A stretch of DNA of 64,000 nt from Vicinamibacteria bacterium (lineage in GTDB: Bacteria > Acidobacteriota > Vicinamibacteria > Fen-336 > JAGNNV01), in NCBI GenBank assembly GCA_031412915.1, contig JANODX010000286.1:3063-67062 (forward strand), written 5' to 3'. Position 1 is the first letter of the stretch; the number at the start of each line of letters is the position of its first letter. A model generated the notes under the pieces. That model was not told the origin of the DNA, did no database searches, and was given only the letters and a program-made list of their open reading frames with translations. Below are positions 8,713 through 20,163 of the stretch, in pieces. A program made the position numbers and the translations under genes.

Positions 8713-10503
8713 ATGGCCCATAACCCCGGTTCGGGGCGGTCGAACGTTCCTTCGGGCAGTCGGGCGACCTCGCTTCAACTGGCTCGCCGCCTTCTCTCCT
8801 ACGCGCGGCCCCACGCCTCCCTCATCTTCATGGGCTGGCTCGCCACGGTTCTGTACGGCCTGTCGAACGCGGCGCTCGTCTACATGATCAAGCCCATCTT
8901 CGACGACGTGCTGATCAGGACGGTGAGGTTCGGCGAGGTCGCGATCGCCATCGTTTCCCTCTACGTGATCAAGGGCGTGGGCGCCTATTTCTCGACCACC
9001 CTGCTTTCCGAAGCCGGGCAGAAGGCCGTCTTCGACCTGCGGCGCGCCGTCTACGCTCACATTCTGGACCAGTCCTTCGACTTCTTCTCGAACCGCACCA
9101 CTGGATCCCTGATGAGCCATCTCACCACGGATGTGGAGAAGATTCAGACCGCCCTCGGCGAGATCGCCGGGGATTTGCTCAAGGAAGGGCTCACCGTGGT
9201 CGGTCTGGTCGGTCTGCTCATCTATCACGACTGGCGCCTGGCCCTGATTTCCCTCGTGCTCATGCCTCTCGCTTTTACCCCTCTGATCCGGCTGGGGCGG
9301 CGGCTGCGCTCCTCGAACGAGAGCTCCATGCGCAGATGGAAGGACATCGCCAACATTCTCCAGGAGACCCTCTCCGGTTTTCGGGTGGTGAAGGCCTTCA
9401 GGACGGAAACCTTCGAGAAAGCGCGGTTCGAAAAGGCCCTCGAACGCCTTCAGGGAGTGACCCTGCGCATGAACCGGACGACTGCGTTCCTGCCCCCTTT
9501 GATGGAGGCGGTGGGAGGCCTGTCCGTGGTGGCCGTACTCTGGTACGGGACCTACGCGATCGCGACGGGGATCATGACCCCGGGCTCCTTTACCTCCTTT
9601 CTGGCCGGCCTCTTCGCGCTCTATACCCCCATCAAGCGCCTGTCCAAGGTGAATGCCGCCCTCCAGGGAGCGTTCGCGGCCGGGGAGCGGGCCTTCTCCC
9701 TGCTCGACACGCACCGCGAGATCAAGGACTCGCCCGCTGCCACCACCCTGGCCCCGTTCAAGGACGCGGTGGAGTTTCACAACGTCTCGTTCCAGTACGA
9801 CAAGACTTCAGGGCCGGTGCTTTCCGGGGCCTCCCTCAAGGCCAAGAAGGGCGAGGTGCTGGCCATCGTGGGCATGAGCGGCTCCGGCAAGACTTCGCTC
9901 CTGAATCTGCTTCCGCGCTTCTACAACGTCAGCAGCGGGTCGATCACGGTCGACGGCGTGGATATCAAGGACGTGACCCTCGACAGCTTGCGCCGGCAAA
10001 TCGGCCTGGTGAAGCAGGAGACCATCCTGTTCAACGACACCGTAAGGGCCAACATCGCCTACGGCCTTTCCGGGGTCGAAGGGTCTGTGGTGGAGAGCGC
10101 GGCGCGGGCCGCCTTTGCCCACGATTTCATCCTCGATCTTCCCAGGCGATATGACACGGTGATCGGGGAGAGAGGCTCGCGGCTCTCCGGCGGACAAAAG
10201 CAGCGGATCGCCATTGCCCGAGCCATCCTGAAAGACCCTCCCATTCTGATTCTCGACGAGGCCACCTCGGCCCTCGACACGGAATCGGAGAGCCTGGTTC
10301 AGCAGGCCCTTTTCAATCTCATGAAGGGCCGAACCACCCTGGTGGTGGCCCACCGCCTGGCCACCGTGCGACGCGCGGACCGGATTCTGGTTTTGGAAAG
10401 AGGCGAGATTCGCGAAGAAGGCACCCATGACGAGCTATTGGCGAGGAACGGGATCTACGCGCGGCTCCACGACCTCCAGTTCCGGGTGGATCCCGCGGTA
10501 TGA
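8713..10503 (+). CDS. msbA: MsbA-like ABC exporter (TMD + NBD)
   Basis: Six-TM domain, GMSGSGKT Walker A, LSGGQKQR signature, ILDEATSALD Walker B. Confidence 0.8.
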   Translation: MAHNPGSGRSNVPSGSRATSLQLARRLLSYARPHASLIFMGWLATVLYGLSNAALVYMIKPIFDDVLIRTVRFGEVAIAIVSLYVIKGVGAYFSTTLLSEAGQKAVFDLRRAVYAHILDQSFDFFSNRTTGSLMSHLTTDVEKIQTALGEIAGDLLKEGLTVVGLVGLLIYHDWRLALISLVLMPLAFTPLIRLGRRLRSSNESSMRRWKDIANILQETLSGFRVVKAFRTETFEKARFEKALERLQGVTLRMNRTTAFLPPLMEAVGGLSVVAVLWYGTYAIATGIMTPGSFTSFLAGLFALYTPIKRLSKVNAALQGAFAAGERAFSLLDTHREIKDSPAATTLAPFKDAVEFHNVSFQYDKTSGPVLSGASLKAKKGEVLAIVGMSGSGKTSLLNLLPRFYNVSSGSITVDGVDIKDVTLDSLRRQIGLVKQETILFNDTVRANIAYGLSGVEGSVVESAARAAFAHDFILDLPRRYDTVIGERGSRLSGGQKQRIAIARAILKDPPILILDEATSALDTESESLVQQALFNLMKGRTTLVVAHRLATVRRADRILVLERGEIREEGTHDELLARNGIYARLHDLQFRVDPAV

Positions 10504-11072
10504 GCGAACCTCTTCTCGTCGTCATCTCCGGCCCCTCGGGCAGCGGCAAGTCCACGGTTGAGGCTCGGATCCTCGCAGAAATGCCCGGCCTCCTCTTCTC
10601 CGTCTCGCACACCACCCGGGAGCCGCGCTCGGGGGAAGAGAACGGCCGGGATTATTTCTTCGTGGCCGAGGCGAAGTTTCGCGACCTCATCTCTCAGGGG
10701 GCTTTCCTCGAATGGGCCGAGGTGCACGAGAAGCTCTACGGCACGTCCCTGGCCGAACTCGAACGGGCGCGCCTCGAGGGGAAGGACCTGGTGCTCGACA
10801 TCGATGTTCAAGGAGCCGCCCAGATCAAGAAGGCCTATCCGGGGGCGGTCACGATCTTCCTGCGGCCCCCGTCCGTGGCGGTCCTGACCGATCGGCTGCG
10901 CGGTCGCGCGTCCGACACCGCGGAGGTGGTGGCGGTCAGAATCAAGAACGCCACGGGGGAGATTCAACGCGCCTCGGAGTTCCGTCATGTCGTGGTCAAT
11001 GATCATCTCGACGCCACGGTGGATACGGTCAAACGCATCATCGAAACGGAGCGGGCGCAGAAGCGTTCCTGA
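10500..11072 (+). CDS. gmk: Guanylate kinase
   Basis: SGPSGSGKST, SHTTREPR, DYFFV, EWAEVH, YGT, DIDVQGA. Confidence 0.96.
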   Translation: MSEPLLVVISGPSGSGKSTVEARILAEMPGLLFSVSHTTREPRSGEENGRDYFFVAEAKFRDLISQGAFLEWAEVHEKLYGTSLAELERARLEGKDLVLDIDVQGAAQIKKAYPGAVTIFLRPPSVAVLTDRLRGRASDTAEVVAVRIKNATGEIQRASEFRHVVVNDHLDATVDTVKRIIETERAQKRS

Positions 11073-11226
11073 GCGATCTTCGGAAAGTGAGGTTGGCTCC
11101 CGGGCCAAACGTCTGCCTCCGCTATACTTCGGGGTGCGGCGCGGATGGCTCACCAGAGCGACTCTCTGCGCTCGGTTCCCCGAACGAAAGAAACAATTGC
11201 CAAAGACTCTCTACAACGACCGGCCC

Positions 11227-11439
11227 ATGAAGCACCTCATCCTCCCCAAAGAAATCGACAGCAAGTTTCGCTTCATTATCGTGGCCGCCCAGCGCGCGAA
11301 GCAGCTTCAGGCCGGGGCCAAGCCCCGCGTTCTGACCACGAGCTATAAGCCCACCCGGGTCGCCATCGAAGAAGTCCTGGCCGGCGCCGTGTCCTGGGAA
11401 ATGAAGGCGGAAGTCCCGCGGGTCACGAATCTCGACTAG
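11227..11439 (+). CDS. rpoZ: RNA polymerase omega subunit
   Basis: DSKFRFIIVAAQRAKQL...KPTRVAIEE; conserved gmk-rpoZ-coaBC order. Confidence 0.92.
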   Translation: MKHLILPKEIDSKFRFIIVAAQRAKQLQAGAKPRVLTTSYKPTRVAIEEVLAGAVSWEMKAEVPRVTNLD

Positions 11440-11508
11440 TCCGCCATGAACGGGTTCAGCGCCCACGCGCTCCAACCCGACTCGGGTTCGGACGGAGGCT
11501 AGAGGATC

Positions 11509-12705
11509 ATGGCCAGCATTCTTCTCGGGGTCACCGGCGGAATCGCGGCGTACAAGGCCTGTGAGATCCTCCGGCTCTTCGACAAGGCGGGCCACCGCGT
11601 TCGCGTGGTCATGACCCGGGCGGCCACCGAGTTCGTGGCCCCCCTGACTTTCGAGACCCTTTCCCGGGCGAAGGTCCTGACCGACGCCCGGCCCCTTGGT
11701 GAGGACGGTTCGATTCTCCACATCGAATACGCGGACGATGCGGACGCTTTGGTGATCGCGCCCTGCACCGCCAACGTCATGGCCAAGCTGGCTCAGGGGA
11801 TCGCCGATGACGCGCTCTCAACTACGGCCCTCGCCTTCACCGGCCCGGTTCTGATCGCCCCGGCCATGAACGTGAACATGTGGAACAGCGCTTCGGTACG
11901 GGAGAACCTCGCGAGTCTGCGCAGCCGAGGTCTTCACATCGTCGAGCCCTCGAGCGGCGACCTCGCCTGCGGATGGGTGGGCGAAGGCCGCCTCGCCGAG
12001 CCGCCCGAAATCGTGGAAGCGGTGCTGAAGATGCTGGAGGAGGGCAAGGATCTGGCCCGCCTTCGGATCGTGGTCAGCGCGGGGCCAACTCAGGAGCGGC
12101 TCGATCCCGTCCGCTACCTTTCGAATCGATCGTCGGGCAAGATGGGGTACGCGATCGCCGAGGCGGCGCGGGCGCGCGGAGCTTCCGTCACCCTCGTATC
12201 CGGTCCGGTGGCTCTGGGGAGACCCGAGGGCGTGACCGTGATCGGAGTCGAGTCCGCGAGCGAAATGAAGGCCGCGATGGAGGAGCAGGCCGAAGAGGCC
12301 GACATCGTGATCATGTCCGCGGCGGTGGCCGACTATCGGGCCGCCCGAAAGGCGGAGGGCAAGATCAAGAAGGACGCCGAAGGGCTTCAGATTTCCCTGG
12401 TCCGGAACGACGATATTCTCGCCGGTCTGGGCCGGATCAAGACCGCCCGCCAGGTGCTGGTCGGGTTCGCCGCGGAAACGAACGACGTCATCGCCTATGG
12501 TCAGGAGAAACTGAAGCGAAAGGGCGCCGATCTGTTCGTGGCCAACGACGTCTCGCGCCCCGACATCGGCTTCTCGGCGGACGAGAACGAGGTCCACCTG
12601 CTCTTCCCCGGCGGCCGGGTGGTGAAGGTCGACAAGGCTCCGAAGCGAAAGATCGCCAACGCGATCCTGGATGCCGCGAAGGAGATCCACCGGGCGAAAG
12701 CGTAG
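11509..12705 (+). CDS. coaBC: Bifunctional phosphopantothenoylcysteine decarboxylase/synthetase
   Basis: GVTGGIAAYK, APAMNVNMW, LACG..GEGR, DPVRYLSNRSSGKMG, GFAAET. Confidence 0.97.
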   Translation: MASILLGVTGGIAAYKACEILRLFDKAGHRVRVVMTRAATEFVAPLTFETLSRAKVLTDARPLGEDGSILHIEYADDADALVIAPCTANVMAKLAQGIADDALSTTALAFTGPVLIAPAMNVNMWNSASVRENLASLRSRGLHIVEPSSGDLACGWVGEGRLAEPPEIVEAVLKMLEEGKDLARLRIVVSAGPTQERLDPVRYLSNRSSGKMGYAIAEAARARGASVTLVSGPVALGRPEGVTVIGVESASEMKAAMEEQAEEADIVIMSAAVADYRAARKAEGKIKKDAEGLQISLVRNDDILAGLGRIKTARQVLVGFAAETNDVIAYGQEKLKRKGADLFVANDVSRPDIGFSADENEVHLLFPGGRVVKVDKAPKRKIANAILDAAKEIHRAKA

Positions 12706-12764
12706 AGCCTTCCGGCGGGGGCGATCGCGCCCTCCTCCCCCCTCACTGCTAAACTTCAGCGCCA

Positions 12765-13082
12765 ATGTCGATCAACCGAAAACTCATTCGTCCCGACATG
12801 TCCGCGGCCCGCCAGGCCCTGTCCGACAAGCGGAAGAAAGCTCCGCCCGTGGAAACCGCGGCCGAAGCCTTCTACTATGTGAAGCAGATGGGCGGGAAGA
12901 CGCCCATGGTGGTGGTCACCATGGATGGAGAAAAGCTCCAGGGCGTCATCGAATGGTACGACGACAACGCCATCAAGCTTCACCGCCGCGGCGCACCCAA
13001 TCTCCTTCTCATGAAGCATGCCATCAAGTACATGCACAAAGAGGGCGACATGGGAACGCTGGACCAGCCCGCCGAAGAATAG
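12765..13082 (+). CDS. Hfq/Sm-like RNA chaperone (divergent)
   Basis: VVVTMDGEKLQGVIEWYD...LLMKHAIKYM resembles Hfq Sm1/Sm2 (YKHAI) motifs. Confidence 0.7.
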   Translation: MSINRKLIRPDMSAARQALSDKRKKAPPVETAAEAFYYVKQMGGKTPMVVVTMDGEKLQGVIEWYDDNAIKLHRRGAPNLLLMKHAIKYMHKEGDMGTLDQPAEE

Positions 13083-13138
13083 GCGAACCGGCTTCCCTCG
13101 CCATCTCAGAACCAGCGCAGGAAGGGAAAGGCAGCGTT

Positions 13139-13510
13139 TTGTTTCCATGGATTGCCGGCTTCGCCGGCCTGCTCGTGCCTGGCGCCGGTCATGCCCTTGC
13201 CAGGCGCCGGGGGCGCGCGGTGGTCTACTTCCTCTGCACCCTGGGACTCTTCTTTTTCGGCGTCCTCTATGGCGCGAGACTTCAGTTCCATGTGGGCTTC
13301 GACGATCCTCTGGCGTTGGTGCGGAGCACCGCTCAGCTGGTGGTGGGGGCCCCGTACTTTCTGGCCCGTTTCCTGGGTCTCGGCCAGGATCCGGCCCTGA
13401 TCACCCGCAGTACCTTCGAGTATGGGAGCACATTTACCGAAGTCGCCGGCCTGCTCAACATTCTCGTCGCCCTCGATGCCTTCGATGTCGCGGCGGGCCG
13501 GAAGAAGTAG
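13139..13510 (+). CDS. Membrane protein (DUF6677-like)
   Basis: LVPGAGH...YGSTFTEVAGLLNILVALDAFD; start uncertain (TTG after GGAAAGG). Confidence 0.65.
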   Translation: MFPWIAGFAGLLVPGAGHALARRRGRAVVYFLCTLGLFFFGVLYGARLQFHVGFDDPLALVRSTAQLVVGAPYFLARFLGLGQDPALITRSTFEYGSTFTEVAGLLNILVALDAFDVAAGRKK

Positions 13511-13517
13511 AAGCCCC

Positions 13518-13697
13518 ATGAGCTTCCTGGATTCGCATCTGGTCGCCCTCCTGTTGTTCTCCGGATTCACCTCCGTGGCCATGGGGACGCTCGCCGAGAA
13601 CACCGCCCGCGAGCGGGCGATCTCGGCGGCCAAGGTGTTCGCGGCCTTCGTGGGGTCCACCCTCGTCGGGGCGTGGATCATGCACTTCGTTCGCTAG
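13518..13697 (+). CDS. Small two-TM membrane protein
   Basis: 59-aa hydrophobic ORF, SHLVALLLFSGFTSV...VGAWIMHF, tightly packed in the operon. Confidence 0.65.
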   Translation: MSFLDSHLVALLLFSGFTSVAMGTLAENTARERAISAAKVFAAFVGSTLVGAWIMHFVR

Positions 13698-13724
13698 GGC
13701 GCGGTTGAGGGATTCGGACCGGCC

Positions 13725-14786
13725 ATGACCGACCTGCGAATCGCGGTGGTTCCCGGCGACGGCATCGGGGTCGAGGTGATCCGTGAAGCCTGCGCGGCCC
13801 TGCATGCGGTGGCCGCGGGAGCGGGGAAGAAGATAGCACTCACTCCGTTCGATTGGAGCGCCGACGCCTACCTCAAAACCGGAACGACCCTGCCCAAGGA
13901 CGCCCTGAAAATGCTGGGCGAGAACTTCGACGCCATCCTGCTCGGGGCCATGGGCGATCCCCGCGTTCCCGACAACCGCCACGCCGCGGACATCCTGCTG
14001 GGGATGCGCTTCGGCCTCGACCTCTACGTGAACCATCGGCCGGTGAAACTCCTGCACGCGCGTCTGTGCCCCCTCAAGGGTGTGGAACCGAAGGACGTCG
14101 ACTTCGTGGTGTTCCGGGAGAACACTGAAGGTCTTTACGTGATGATGGGCGGCAACTTCAAGAAGGGCACTCCGGACGAAGTCGCGACCGACATCGACCT
14201 CAACACCCGCAAGGGGGTCGAGCGCATCATCCGCCACGCCTTTGAGTTCGCGCGCGCCACCGGCCGCAGGAAGGTCCTGATGTCGGACAAGTCGAACGTC
14301 CTCATCCACGCTCACGATCTGTGGCAGCGCGTCTTCAAGGAAGTGAAGACGGAGTTCGAGGAGATCGCGGCTTCACACATGTACGTCGACAACCTCTCGC
14401 TCCAGCTCGTTCGCGATCCGAAGCAGTTCGAAGTGATCGTGACCTCCAACATGTTCGGCGACATCGTCACCGACATCGCGGCCGGCCTGCAGGGTGGTCT
14501 GGGCATGGCGGCCTCCGGCAACATTCATCCCGGAAGGATTTCCCTCTTCGAGCCGGTGCACGGCTCGTCGCCGCCCATCGCGGGCAAGAACATCGCGAAT
14601 CCCATCGGCGCGATCGCGACCGCCGCTCTGATGCTCGCTCACCTGGGTTGGAGGGACGAGGCGGCGCGCATGGAGGCGGCGATATTCGGCGCGGTGGAGG
14701 CGGGACAGACCACGCAGGACATCGGCGGGACCCTGGGCACGCGCGAATGCGCGGCGGCGATCGTGGCTCGGATCAAGGCCGCGTAG
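13725..14786 (+). CDS. leuB: Isocitrate/isopropylmalate dehydrogenase family (LeuB / homoisocitrate DH-like)
   Basis: [42 protein letters not shown]. Confidence 0.8.
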   Translation: MTDLRIAVVPGDGIGVEVIREACAALHAVAAGAGKKIALTPFDWSADAYLKTGTTLPKDALKMLGENFDAILLGAMGDPRVPDNRHAADILLGMRFGLDLYVNHRPVKLLHARLCPLKGVEPKDVDFVVFRENTEGLYVMMGGNFKKGTPDEVATDIDLNTRKGVERIIRHAFEFARATGRRKVLMSDKSNVLIHAHDLWQRVFKEVKTEFEEIAASHMYVDNLSLQLVRDPKQFEVIVTSNMFGDIVTDIAAGLQGGLGMAASGNIHPGRISLFEPVHGSSPPIAGKNIANPIGAIATAALMLAHLGWRDEAARMEAAIFGAVEAGQTTQDIGGTLGTRECAAAIVARIKAA

Positions 14787-14833
14787 GCGCTGCGGGAGTC
14801 CGCCCTTCCCCCTCAGAGCAGTTCCGGAGGAGA

Positions 14834-15373
14834 ATGACGGCCATGCACCTCACCGTCAATGGGGACGTCCAGGACGTGGACGCGCCCGACCACTGGACCC
14901 TGCTCGAAGTGCTCCGCTACCGGCTGGGCCTGACCGGCTCCAAGCAGGGATGCGACAAGGGCGATTGCGGTGCTTGCACCGTCCTGGTGAACGGAAACCC
15001 GATGATCTCGTGTCTCGTGCTCGCGCGCGAAGCCGAGGGTCGCGCCATCACCACCATCGAGGGACTGATGCCGGCTCACCTGGGCGCAGGCGGCGTCGGC
15101 GCCGATCCGGTGCAGGACGCCTTCGATCGATGCGGGGCGCTGCAATGCGGCTTCTGTCAGAGCGGCACGATCCTGTCGGCACGCGCCCTCCTCTGGGAGA
15201 CGCCGAATCCCTCTGAAACCGAAATACGCAATGCTCTCGCCGGCAATCTGTGCCGCTGCACCGGATACACCCAGATCCTGCAGGCGGTTCTGCTCGCGGC
15301 CGCGCGGTCCCGCGGCGTCGATCCCGCGCCAAGGTCCTGGGAGACCCCGCCGCCGCCCAAGGAAACTCCCTGA
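14834..15373 (+). CDS. XDH-family 2x[2Fe-2S] small subunit (HcrC/CoxS-like)
   Basis: GCDKGDCGACTV...SC and QCGFCQ...CRCTGY motifs. Confidence 0.92.
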   Translation: MTAMHLTVNGDVQDVDAPDHWTLLEVLRYRLGLTGSKQGCDKGDCGACTVLVNGNPMISCLVLAREAEGRAITTIEGLMPAHLGAGGVGADPVQDAFDRCGALQCGFCQSGTILSARALLWETPNPSETEIRNALAGNLCRCTGYTQILQAVLLAAARSRGVDPAPRSWETPPPPKETP

Positions 15374-15374
15374 G

Positions 15375-17732
15375 GTGGCGTCGCGCGACCTTCACGGCAT
15401 CGATCCTCCGTGGGGCGAGTTCCGCCACGTGGGCCGGGCGTCGCGCAAAGTGGACGGCCTGGCCAAGGCCACCGGCGCCGCGGTCTACACCGACGACATC
15501 TCTCTGCCCGGCATGCTGCACGCAAAGCTCCTGCGCAGCCCGCACGCCCACGCGCGGATACTCGCAATCGATACCACGCGAGCCCGGGCGCTTCCGGGCG
15601 TCCGCGGCATCATCACGGGCGAGGATTTGCCGGTGAAGTACGGCATCCTCCCCTGGACGCAGGATGAAACGGCACTCGCGGTTTCGAAGGTGCGGCATGT
15701 GGGGGAGCCGGTGGCCGCGGTGGCGGCGGTCGATGAGGACACCGCGAACGAGGCGCTCAAGCTGATCCAGGTCGACTACGAGCCGCTGCACACCTACACC
15801 GATCCGTTCGAGAGTCTGAGCCGGAACGACCCGCCCATTCACGAGCATCACAAGACCGGCAATATCTCGAAGCACGTTCATCTCTCCTTCGGCGAGGTGG
15901 ATGCGGCCTTGTCCAGGGCCGATGTGGTGGTGGAGGACGACTACTTCTTCCACGGCACCACCCACGCCGCCATCGAGCCGCACTGCGCTCTGGCGCGGTA
16001 TGGAGCGGAGGGTGTGCTGACCTTGTGGTCGTCGACCCAGATCTCCCACTATGTGCACCGCGCGCTGGCCCACGTTCTCGGCCTGCCCGCCCACCGCATC
16101 CGGGTGATTCAGCCGTGTCTGGGGGGTGCTTTCGGCGGCAAGTCCGATCCCTTCAGTCTCGAATTCGTGACCGCGAAGCTCTCCATGCTGAGCGGCCGTC
16201 CGGTGAAGTTGCTCTACACCCGCGAAGAGGTCTTCTACACGCACCGGGGCCGTCATCCGATGCACATGCGCTACAAGACGGGAGCCACCCGCGATGGTCG
16301 CCTGACCGGGGTGGACGCGAAGATCGTGATCGATGGCGGCGCCTACAGTTCCTTTGGCCTCGTGACCACGTACTACGCCGGCCAGCTGCTGACCGGCCCC
16401 TACGATTTCCCGACCTATCGCTTCGACAGCACCCGCGTGTTCACCAACAAGCCGGCGTGCGGCCCCAAGCGGGGCCACGGGTCGGTGCAGCCGCGATTCG
16501 CCTTCGAGGTGCAGCTCGACGAGATAGCCGAGAAGCTGAACATGGATCCCATTGAGATCCGGCGGCGTAATCTGATCGCCGCGTCCACCACCACGGTCAA
16601 TGGCCAGCGCATCACCTCGAACGGGGTGGCGCAGTGCCTCGACTTCGTGGAGAAGGCGAGCGGCTGGACTTCGAGGCGCGGCCGACTCGGGCCGGGTCGC
16701 GGCCTGGGCGTCGCCGCGTCGATGTACATCTCGGGGACCAACTATCCGATCTATCCGAACCCGATGCCGCAGGCCGCGGTCCAGCTCAAGGTCGACCGGT
16801 CGGGTCTGGTCACGGTATTCAGCGGCGCCAACGACATCGGCCAGGGCTCGAACTCCGTGGCCCAGTACCTGGTGGCCGAGGAACTGGGCCTCGCCCTCGA
16901 TCAGGTGCGCGTGGTGTCGGCCGACACCGACCTGTGCCCCGTGGATCTGGGTGCTTACTCCAGCCGCGAGACGTTCATGGTGGGCAACGCCCTCATCGAC
17001 GCCTGCCGCAAAATTCGTCCGCAGCTCGTGCAGGCGGTGGCCGATAAGTGGAAGGTGGACGGGACGCGCATTCGATTCGTCAATGGCGTGGTCGGGGATC
17101 TCGAGGATGCGTCCCATTCGATGAGCGCCACCGAGGCGATCTGCCTCGCCGAAGAACGGTTCGACGCGCTGGGCGCCACCGGGGCCTACAACACGCCCAC
17201 CCTGGGCGGCGACTACCGCGGCGGCACCATCGGGGCTTCTCCGGCCTACTCGTTCACCGCGCATGTGGCGGAGGTCTCGGTGGACATCGAAACCGGTCGG
17301 ATCACCTGCCCCAACGTGTGGATCGCGCACGATTGCGGGCGGGCGCTCAACCCCATGCTGGTGGCGGGTCAGATGGAAGGCTCGGCCTACATGGGGGTTG
17401 CCGAGGCCCTGATGGAGCACCACGACGTGTATCCCTCCGGCCTGCACAAAGGGCCGTCGCTGCTCGATTACCGGATTCCAACCTCCGTCGATACGCCGGC
17501 GCTGCATGCGCTGATCGTGGAAAGCCTTGACCCCGAGGGTCCCTACGGCGCCAAGGAGGCGGGCGAAGGACCGCTCCACCCGTCGATTCCCGCCATCTCG
17601 AACGCGGTCTTCGACGCGGTGGGCATAAGGCTTCGCCAGTTGCCCTTCACTCCAGGCCGGGTTCTCACCGCGTTGCGCGCACGTGCGAAGGAAGTGTCCG
17701 CTGAAACGGCGCGTGCCGGAGGCCCCCGCTGA
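15375..17732 (+). CDS. XDH-family molybdopterin-binding subunit (HcrA-like)
   Basis: LRSPHAHARI, GGAFGGK, RGHG, GQGS, GAYSSR, NP...GQMEG, GAKEAGEG. Confidence 0.92.
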   Translation: MASRDLHGIDPPWGEFRHVGRASRKVDGLAKATGAAVYTDDISLPGMLHAKLLRSPHAHARILAIDTTRARALPGVRGIITGEDLPVKYGILPWTQDETALAVSKVRHVGEPVAAVAAVDEDTANEALKLIQVDYEPLHTYTDPFESLSRNDPPIHEHHKTGNISKHVHLSFGEVDAALSRADVVVEDDYFFHGTTHAAIEPHCALARYGAEGVLTLWSSTQISHYVHRALAHVLGLPAHRIRVIQPCLGGAFGGKSDPFSLEFVTAKLSMLSGRPVKLLYTREEVFYTHRGRHPMHMRYKTGATRDGRLTGVDAKIVIDGGAYSSFGLVTTYYAGQLLTGPYDFPTYRFDSTRVFTNKPACGPKRGHGSVQPRFAFEVQLDEIAEKLNMDPIEIRRRNLIAASTTTVNGQRITSNGVAQCLDFVEKASGWTSRRGRLGPGRGLGVAASMYISGTNYPIYPNPMPQAAVQLKVDRSGLVTVFSGANDIGQGSNSVAQYLVAEELGLALDQVRVVSADTDLCPVDLGAYSSRETFMVGNALIDACRKIRPQLVQAVADKWKVDGTRIRFVNGVVGDLEDASHSMSATEAICLAEERFDALGATGAYNTPTLGGDYRGGTIGASPAYSFTAHVAEVSVDIETGRITCPNVWIAHDCGRALNPMLVAGQMEGSAYMGVAEALMEHHDVYPSGLHKGPSLLDYRIPTSVDTPALHALIVESLDPEGPYGAKEAGEGPLHPSIPAISNAVFDAVGIRLRQLPFTPGRVLTALRARAKEVSAETARAGGPR

Positions 17733-18754
17733 TGTTGAGGCTGCCCCGGTTCGAGCTTCGCCAGCCGACTTCGGTCGCCGAGGCCGCGGGCATGCTCCAA
17801 GACCTCGGTCCGGGAGCGGTGGTGCTGGCCGGCGGCACCGACCTCCTGCCGAACATGAAGCACGAGTTGCTCACGCCCGCCGTGGTGGTCTCGCTCGGAC
17901 GGATCGAAGCCCTGCGCGGCATTCGCGTCGAAGCCGACGGCTCGATGGTCATCGGGGCCATGACCACGATTGCGGAGGTGGCTTCGTCGCCGGTCGTGGC
18001 CGAGCGTGCGCCGTGCCTCGCCCAGGCCGCGGGCCTGATCGCCGGTCCGCAACTGCGCCGCGCGGGCACCCTTGGCGGCAACGTCCTGCTCGACACCCGG
18101 TGTCAGTACTACAACCAAAGCCATTTCTGGCGACAGGCGCTGGGGTTTTGTCTCAAGAAGGACGGTACCGCCTGCCATGTCGTGGTGGGGGGTGCGCGCT
18201 GCGTCGCCGCCGCGGCCGCCGACAGTGCTCCCGCCCTGATGACGCTTGGCGCCTCTCTGGAACTCGAACGCGCGGGCGCTCGGCGCGCGGTGGCCGTCGA
18301 GGACTTCTGGGTGTCGGACGGCATCGTGAACCGGCGAATGCTGCCCGGCGAGATCCTGGTCTCGATCCGGATTCCACCCACCCCGCCCGGGCATCGCGGC
18401 GCCTACGGCAAGCTGCGCGAGCGGGGCTCCATCGATTTTCCGTTGCTCGGTGTGGCCACGCGAATCGACCTCGATCCCAAAGGCGTCATCGAGCGGGCCG
18501 AACTGGTGCTGACCGCACTCGCGGCCCGGCCCCGTCGCGTAAACGAGGCATCCACGAGTCTGCGCGGCCTTCGACCGCTTACGCCCGCCTTCGACGAGGC
18601 GGTGCGCGAAGTGGCCGGGATGGCGGAGCGCCGTTGCCGGACGCTGTCGAATCTGTCCGGCGACACGGCCTGGCGTCAGGCTATGATCCCGGTGTACGTA
18701 AGGCGCACGCTGCATGCGGCGATCGCAGGCAGCGGTCCGGTGCATCACCTGTAG
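17732..18754 (+). CDS. XDH-family FAD subunit with [4Fe-4S] insertion (HcrB-like)
   Basis: AGGTDLLPNMK, GTLGGN, and a C-x15-C-x7-C-x8-C insertion (CQYYNQS...FCLKKDGTACHV...RC). Confidence 0.9.
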   Translation: MLRLPRFELRQPTSVAEAAGMLQDLGPGAVVLAGGTDLLPNMKHELLTPAVVVSLGRIEALRGIRVEADGSMVIGAMTTIAEVASSPVVAERAPCLAQAAGLIAGPQLRRAGTLGGNVLLDTRCQYYNQSHFWRQALGFCLKKDGTACHVVVGGARCVAAAAADSAPALMTLGASLELERAGARRAVAVEDFWVSDGIVNRRMLPGEILVSIRIPPTPPGHRGAYGKLRERGSIDFPLLGVATRIDLDPKGVIERAELVLTALAARPRRVNEASTSLRGLRPLTPAFDEAVREVAGMAERRCRTLSNLSGDTAWRQAMIPVYVRRTLHAAIAGSGPVHHL

Positions 18755-18858
18755 ACGGTCTCACCTGTCCGGGCGCGGCTCGTTCCAGGGCGCGCAGCGA
18801 AGGGTGAAGCCTGGCTTTGGGGGACCGTCCGGGGCGCCTCTGGCGACTGAGGTTGTCC

Positions 18859-20162
<1,304 letters not shown>

Positions 20163-20163
<1 letters not shown>

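Noticed and set aside
14834-18754. Definitive hcrCAB (4-hydroxybenzoyl-CoA reductase) assignment
   Set aside because: Subunit architecture fits, but no aromatic CoA ligase or benzoyl-CoA reductase genes are nearby, so gene symbols were withheld.
18755-18858. Riboswitch or attenuator (lysine, Moco, leucine leader) before the LeuA-type gene
   Set aside because: Some pairing potential, but no consensus motifs, leader peptide or terminator are recognisable.
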